Of a DNA stretch of 64,000 nt, positions 58,619 through 64,000 are shown piece after piece. The notes beneath the pieces are model-generated. The model did not search any database. It was not told where the DNA came from and saw only the letters and a program-made list of their open reading frames with translations. Every line of letters begins with the position of its first letter. Position 1 is the stretch's first letter. Source of the stretch: a bacterium (GTDB lineage Bacteria > SAR324 > NAC60-12); the NCBI GenBank assembly GCA_965205865.1, contig CBDBHR010000029.1:256001-320000 (forward strand). The letters are read 5' to 3'. The translations under genes were made by a program, and so were the position numbers.

Positions 58619-61539
58619 TGTCTGCGTCCGCCCTGAATCGACGTGCACGCCTAGAATTTCGCAGTTGGCGTTTCGTAGTCGCCGGATTCGTGCTGGCCCT
58701 ATTTGTGTGCGGAATCGAGGGTTCACCCGTTGTCGCTCACGAAAACCCGCCCGTCGACCATTTGGTCGACGACCACGTCCACTGGGACGGGACAGTCGAG
58801 GTGAGACCCGCTTCGTTGACCCTAACTAAGGGTAAAAGTGTCACCTACGAATTGAGGTTGACCGAGCCACCCGAAAACCATGGCGTACTGGAAGACGGAT
58901 GGTGGGTCATGATAAGGGTCAACGTCGAATACGAAGGTATCAGTTGGGTGCCATCTGTCGGGAGGGAGTTCAATCAGAAAAAATGGGATACGTGGCGGAG
59001 CGTCACCATCTATGCGGACCGCGATACGAATGTGAAAGATATCGTTATTTCCCACGAAGTTTGGGCCAACAACACATATTGCCCTGTACACGATGTGGGT
59101 AAAGTGAAGGTGACAATTGCGGACAATGGTGACGGGAATGGCAACGGCGATAGAGATGGAAATGGCAACGGGAATGGCGACGGTGATGGCGACGGAAATG
59201 GAGATGGCAACGGCGATGGAAATGGAGATGGCAACGGCGATGGAAATGGAGATGGCAACGGCGATGGAAATGGAGATGGAGATGGAAATGGCAACGGAAA
59301 TGGAGATGGCGACGGGAATGGAAACGGTGACGTGGATGGAGATGACGACGGGGACGGGATGGGGGACAGCGATGACGGTCTGCCGACCCTTCGCATCAAT
59401 GATGTGGCAGTGTCCGAGGTCAACGAGCACGCAGTGTTCACGGTGAAATTGAGTAGACCGAGCAAGATGGATGTGAAGGTGGGCTACGCGACGTCCAACG
59501 GGACGGCTCGGGCAGGACAAGACTACACGGGCACGAGGGGGACGCTGACTATCGCCTCCGGCGACACCGCGGGAACGATTCCTGTTCGGGTGTTGGACGA
59601 TGACCTGGGTGAAGGCGACGAGACGTTCATCATGACGTTGAGTGCAGCGGCCAACGCGACGATTTCGGATGCCAGGGGAATCGGCACCATCAAGGACGAT
59701 GAATTCCCTCAGGTCAGGGTGTCCTACGGCTCGGCGTCATACACCGTCAGAGAGGCTGAGTTCGTTGAAGTGAGCGTGGTTCTCAACACGCTTCCAGGTC
59801 GCCCGATCACGATTCCACTGACTCACACAGGCTCCGGCGGCGCAGTTGAGACGGATTATTCGGGGATTCCCGACAGCGTGCATTTCGACGCTACCGAGAT
59901 GCGGGAAACTTTCCGGGTATTGGCCCGTCGGGATTTAGAGCAAGACGACGGAGAGCGAGTCATTCTTGGATTCGGGACACTCACCGCAGGCGTGACGACA
60001 GCCTCTCCCGATTCATCTACGGTGACAATCCAAGACGTCCGTATCTTGAGACGCCAGGCGCCAAAACGCTGGCTCCAGAGATTCGCAGAAACGGCGATGG
60101 TACACCTGTTGGAAGCGATCGACGAACGGATACGGTGTGCGCCAGTTCATCGACTCGTTCCGGGACGCCTGGAATCCCAGCCAACCCGCCGGGGGTGCGA
60201 TCCGCGGCTTGAGGAGCATCTGTCATATTTGGTTTCCGTTCGCCGGTTTCCGGCCATGCAAGCCACGTTCGATGGGACCGCGCTGTCGCTTCCGGTCGAT
60301 GGGTCCGCCAGTGCACGGCCGATCGATCAGACTTTCAGCAGTTTGGAACCACTCGAACCTCGCAGCTTTTCTGCCAGGGAGGCACTGGCCCGGAGCGCTT
60401 TCCGGGTCTCGTCTCAGGTACGCGAATACGGACAGAGGATCAGTTTCTGGGGACGAGGAGCTCTTTCCCTCTTCAACGAGGATGATAACGGATACGACCT
60501 CGACGGTGACGTCGCGAGCGCGATCTTCGGCATGGACTATGCTGACCATCGCGTATTAGCAGGAATCGCGTTGTCACAAAGCCGGGGAGACGGATCGTAC
60601 TTCGACCACGGCCACGACGGCGAGGCGGAGGCGATCCTGACCGGACTCTATCCGTACGTGTACCTCGGTGTAAACGAACGTATTTCTGTCTGGGGTGCGG
60701 CGGGGCTCGGCTCCGGAACACTCAATCTCAGATTGTCGGACCTGGAACCGGTCACTAATATCGCAACGAGAATGGGAGTCATCGGCACGCGTATTGAAAT
60801 TCTACACCCTGAAGAGACATGGGGCGTCTCGCTGGCGCTCAAGGCCGATGCGATGCTCATGCGGATCACTTCCAATGAAACCCTCGACCTGTTTGCCGCT
60901 CGGGCGACGACAAGTCGGCAACGCCTTGCGCTTGAACTCTCGCAGGAATTTACCTTCATGCCGGGAGAGTGGGTCACCCCGTTCGTAGCGATCGGCGCGC
61001 GGCGTGATGATGGCGACGGCGAGACCACATTCGCAGCGGAGGTCGGCGGCGGATTCCGCTTCGAGAGCTCCGCGCTCGGTTTGACGACGGAACTCAACGC
61101 GCGTGGAATAATTCCGCACGCTGCCGGTGACTTCGAGGAGTACGGTGTGTCGGGATCTCTGCGATACGACTCGATAACTAATTCAACCCTGGGACCATAC
61201 GCGACGTTGTCCATCGTCGATGGCTTCGCAAGATGGGCCGAGTCCGATTCGCTGTGGGGATACGACGTTTTGAGCAACCGGGAATCGAATGATGGCGACC
61301 CATTCGGGACGCGCATCAATGCCGGGTTCGGCTACGGATTCCCAGTCTCGCATGGCACCGGCGTAGGGACTCCGTGGGTCGGCGCGTCGTTGTCCGAACG
61401 ATGGCGGGACTGGCGTCTCGGTTACCGACTCCGATTCGGTCCGGCATTGAGTCTGGGCATCGATGGCTCACTCCGTGAGCGATTCGACGTTGACCCGACT
61501 CCAGACCACTCGATCATGCTGCGCCTCTCGCTACGATGA
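58618..61539 (+). CDS. Autotransporter-like surface protein with Gly-Asp/Asn repeat and Calx-beta domains
   Basis: Signal-like N-terminus; GNGDG repeat; [16 protein letters not shown]...[11 protein letters not shown] (Calx-beta); C-terminal beta-barrel-type [19 protein letters not shown] and GYGF segments. Confidence 0.8.
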   Translation: MSASALNRRARLEFRSWRFVVAGFVLALFVCGIEGSPVVAHENPPVDHLVDDHVHWDGTVEVRPASLTLTKGKSVTYELRLTEPPENHGVLEDGWWVMIRVNVEYEGISWVPSVGREFNQKKWDTWRSVTIYADRDTNVKDIVISHEVWANNTYCPVHDVGKVKVTIADNGDGNGNGDRDGNGNGNGDGDGDGNGDGNGDGNGDGNGDGNGDGNGDGNGDGDGNGNGNGDGDGNGNGDVDGDDDGDGMGDSDDGLPTLRINDVAVSEVNEHAVFTVKLSRPSKMDVKVGYATSNGTARAGQDYTGTRGTLTIASGDTAGTIPVRVLDDDLGEGDETFIMTLSAAANATISDARGIGTIKDDEFPQVRVSYGSASYTVREAEFVEVSVVLNTLPGRPITIPLTHTGSGGAVETDYSGIPDSVHFDATEMRETFRVLARRDLEQDDGERVILGFGTLTAGVTTASPDSSTVTIQDVRILRRQAPKRWLQRFAETAMVHLLEAIDERIRCAPVHRLVPGRLESQPTRRGCDPRLEEHLSYLVSVRRFPAMQATFDGTALSLPVDGSASARPIDQTFSSLEPLEPRSFSAREALARSAFRVSSQVREYGQRISFWGRGALSLFNEDDNGYDLDGDVASAIFGMDYADHRVLAGIALSQSRGDGSYFDHGHDGEAEAILTGLYPYVYLGVNERISVWGAAGLGSGTLNLRLSDLEPVTNIATRMGVIGTRIEILHPEETWGVSLALKADAMLMRITSNETLDLFAARATTSRQRLALELSQEFTFMPGEWVTPFVAIGARRDDGDGETTFAAEVGGGFRFESSALGLTTELNARGIIPHAAGDFEEYGVSGSLRYDSITNSTLGPYATLSIVDGFARWAESDSLWGYDVLSNRESNDGDPFGTRINAGFGYGFPVSHGTGVGTPWVGASLSERWRDWRLGYRLRFGPALSLGIDGSLRERFDVDPTPDHSIMLRLSLR
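59128..59376 (+). repeat. In-gene tandem repeat encoding (GD/GN)n
   Basis: Repeated GATGGCAACGGCGATGGAAATGGA units and variants. Confidence 0.9.
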
Positions 61540-61943
61540 TGAAGCTGCTTGTAAATTATGAAAGATTTTTTCTGCCAAACACTAATTTGGACTGTTCTCA
61601 TGTAATTCAATGTGGAAGTTAAATGTTCATTGCAGTATTGACTTATATATACTGGAGCGCCATATAACTTGCATTCTTGAGCAAGTTATAAAGTTTTGGG
61701 AAACTGCGAACGTGGGAAGTATATCCGTATTGTTTGCGAAGTCTTGCTTGTTGGAACGAGAGAATCATGGTGTGATAAGTAAGTGAATTTTGGCATGGCG
61801 TTTGATGGTCTTTTTTTTAACCTTTTGTCGGCCGTCAGCGTCATGCCATTTTGTAATGGTTCACCAGGTTGTACTCCAGGATGAAGTATGATGGGGATAG
61901 TGTTTTGATCCAGGTACGCTTTAATCGGATGAACCCGAAAAAA

Positions 61944-63026
61944 CTATGATTCCCTGGTTTTTTCACGCAAAAGCCGGATCAATTTAACATGGGCGGATGG
62001 GAAAGAAAACTGATCCAGTTGGTCCAAAGCGACCCATTTGATAGATGCAGACTCTTCAGGTGGGTCATAGTCGTTGCAAACGCATAAAAAGCAGTGCAGG
62101 GTCACTTTGAAGGAGGTGTAGCCATGTTTGATGGTCGACAAGCGTCGCTCGATGGTGATGCCAACCTGGTGCTGCTTTCGCATGCCGGTGATCAAGGTCT
62201 GTTGCATATCCCGCTTTCCATTCAGACGGATATTGGGGAATTCCCACAATCCTGCCATCAATCCTTCTGCAGGACGTTTACGAATCAAAAACCGCTTCTC
62301 TTTTTGAATGACTGCCAGGGCGGTGGTGATGGACTGCAAAGGACGGCGTTGGATCTTGACGGGGACTTGTTCTGAGGTACCATGCCGGAATGCATGACAA
62401 AAATTTTGCAGCGGACACAACAGGCAGTTGGGAGATTGCGGAAGACAGATCAAGGCACCCAACTCCATCAACGCCTGGTTGAAGAAACGCGCCTGCCCCC
62501 GGGGAATCCAGGATTCAGCGAGGTGCCATAAAGTTTTTCGCATTGCAGCGGACTTGGGGTTCTCCCGGAAATTCATCAAACGGCATATCACTCGTTCCAC
62601 GTTGCCATCGACGACGGGTTTGTCTTGATTGAAAGCGACGCTGGCAATGGCTCCTGCAGTGTATCGTCCGATGCCGGGAAGCGCCAGTATTTCCTCGAAG
62701 TCAGTAGGAAAATTGCCTTGGTGCTGCTTGCGGATCCGTTGCGCGGCTTTCCGAATGTTTTGCGCGCGAGAGTAATATCCCAATCCTTCCCAAAGCTTGA
62801 GAATCGTTTCTTCAGACGCTTCCGCCACCGTCTCAATGGTGGGAAGCGTTGTCATCCATCGTGAAAAATAAGGCAAGACGGTGGTCACTTGAGTCTGCTG
62901 CAGCATGATTTCGGAAATCCACACCGCATAGGGATCGTACGACCGGCGCCAGGGCAAATCCCGTTGATGCCGGGCAAACCAATGCAAGAGTTTTTCTTGG
63001 AATGCAGGAAGATCGGAAGGAAGCAT
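61944..63026 (-). CDS. mutY: A/G-specific adenine glycosylase
   Basis: RDLPWR, WISEIMLQQTQV, WEGLGYYSRA, LPGIGRYTA, VDGNVERV, Cx6Cx2Cx5C Fe-S motif and a NUDIX-like C-terminus. Start placed at ATG 63026. Confidence 0.96.
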   Translation of the reverse strand: MLPSDLPAFQEKLLHWFARHQRDLPWRRSYDPYAVWISEIMLQQTQVTTVLPYFSRWMTTLPTIETVAEASEETILKLWEGLGYYSRAQNIRKAAQRIRKQHQGNFPTDFEEILALPGIGRYTAGAIASVAFNQDKPVVDGNVERVICRLMNFRENPKSAAMRKTLWHLAESWIPRGQARFFNQALMELGALICLPQSPNCLLCPLQNFCHAFRHGTSEQVPVKIQRRPLQSITTALAVIQKEKRFLIRKRPAEGLMAGLWEFPNIRLNGKRDMQQTLITGMRKQHQVGITIERRLSTIKHGYTSFKVTLHCFLCVCNDYDPPEESASIKWVALDQLDQFSFPSAHVKLIRLLREKTRES

Positions 63027-63090
63027 GGAAGCGTTCGCCACAGTAAAAGTGATAAGAAATGAGATGCTTTGGCATGCCAATATATGCCTT

Positions 63091-63275
63091 GCTTCGATCT
63101 CGTCGCGGTTGGCTTCCAGATATTGCCGGAAGTCCAGCGCCATGGCTTCCGCATTCTCGTGAGCATCGCCCTCCCAGTCTGCGCGGAGCACGGTGTCCAG
63201 GCCGTCATGGTCGATGGTTTGTTCCTTACCACGGCGAATGGAGTCGATCAGCTCGATCAGCTCACCGTTGAAGAC
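63091..63275 (-). pseudogene. 185-bp internal fragment of an hsdR paralogue
   Basis: Gap-free alignment to 52574-52758 with about 22 mismatches by hand count. Confidence 0.9.
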
Positions 63276-63556
63276 ACTGGTGAAGAAGCCCGGCGAATTT
63301 TAGAAAAATTAGAGATTAACTACACGCCGAAGCATGCCAGTTGGTTAAACACGGCTGAAATTGAACTGAGTGTTTTAAGCAGACAGCGCCTCGATCGTCA
63401 GATACCCGATCAAGAAACTTTGAAAAAAGAAGTTCAGTCCTGGATGGAAAAACGGAATAACTACTCTTCCCCGATGAATTGGCGTTTTACAACAAAGAAT
63501 GCCCGGATCAAACTCAAAAAACTTTACCCGACATTAGTTGAGTGACAAGGTTCTAG
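63276..63556 (+). mobile_element. IS630 family remnant (transposase C-terminus and right end)
   Basis: YTPKHASWLN.AEIELSVL...WRFTTKNARIKLKKLYP*, followed by GTGACAAGGTTCTAG. Confidence 0.85.
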
Positions 63557-64000
63557 TCCTTGCCTACAGGATGGGGGACTGCTTCAGCGGTCACCCGTCT
63601 TCTCTCTCGAAACTTCCATCTTGAAGGCTTGCTTTGTAGACCACGCGTAACTCACTGCGTTCACGGCGACGCAAGAAAACTTCTCCGCTTCCACCCCGAC
63701 CTGGACGAATAGACATAGGCTTTTAAATGGATAATTGGTTAATCATGCTTTACACAAAACATATATGCTTGACGGTGAGGAAGATGTCAAGTAAATGTAG
63801 TGATTAACTCGGATGGGGGCAGGACAGTTTTCTCTAATTTAACCTGAGTTCGAGATAAGAATTTAATAAATTCAATATGTTATGGAATCTTCATATCTTA
63901 GAGAAACCTCAAGCAGGGAATTTAATCATTGTGAGGGTGATGCCTAAATAAATCATTATGCCGAGGACATCATTGGTTGTTGTGATGAAGGGACCCGTTG

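Noticed and set aside
59128-59376. CRISPR array
   Set aside because: Codon-level Gly-Asp/Asn repeat inside an ORF, with no unique spacers and no cas genes.
61944-63191. 415-aa ORF suggesting an HsdR-MutY fusion
   Set aside because: The extension is a chance in-frame read through the hsdR fragment; MutY homology begins at ATG 63026.
63069-63545. 158-aa ORF as a real gene
   Set aside because: Chimera of antisense hsdR fragment and an IS630 C-terminus.

Overview
Bacterial chromosomal segment, mosaic in composition. It has AT-richer host-like stretches and GC-richer imported-looking modules; a marine deltaproteobacterial/SAR324-like host is only a weak guess. 1-20 kb: two paralogous peptide/nickel-type ABC modules (SBP-permease-permease-SDR, no ATPase gene), an AAA-PD-(D/E)XK protein, a divergent class I aminotransferase, fhs, an RRM protein, a GGCT and an NADP oxidoreductase. 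The second ABC module lies between two direct copies of the 3' end of an unclassified, decayed transposon. 22.5-32 kb: acyl-CoA dehydrogenase-cofE-cofD-fbiC (F420 biosynthesis, no cofC), a penicillin acylase and an MFS transporter. About 32.1-57.3 kb is a defence island abutting the 3' end of tRNA-Asn. It contains a decayed type I RM with a zeta-toxin cassette, an SspABCD-type phosphorothioation locus, a shortened GHKL ATPase, a TA remnant, a Schlafen/AlbA-ATPase, ISAzo13, IS630, an intact type I RM and two orphan genes with HEPN-like features. The Ssp locus is the best candidate novel system: a symmetric bidirectional promoter drives it, and instead of SspE/SspFGH the operon continues into a coupled GIY-YIG nuclease + DGQHR (DndB-like) pair. 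Its sspC carries a one-base frameshift that may be an assembly error. 58-64 kb: a Calx-beta autotransporter, mutY, a stray hsdR paralogue fragment and an IS630 remnant. All calls come from motif recognition by eye; no searches were run.
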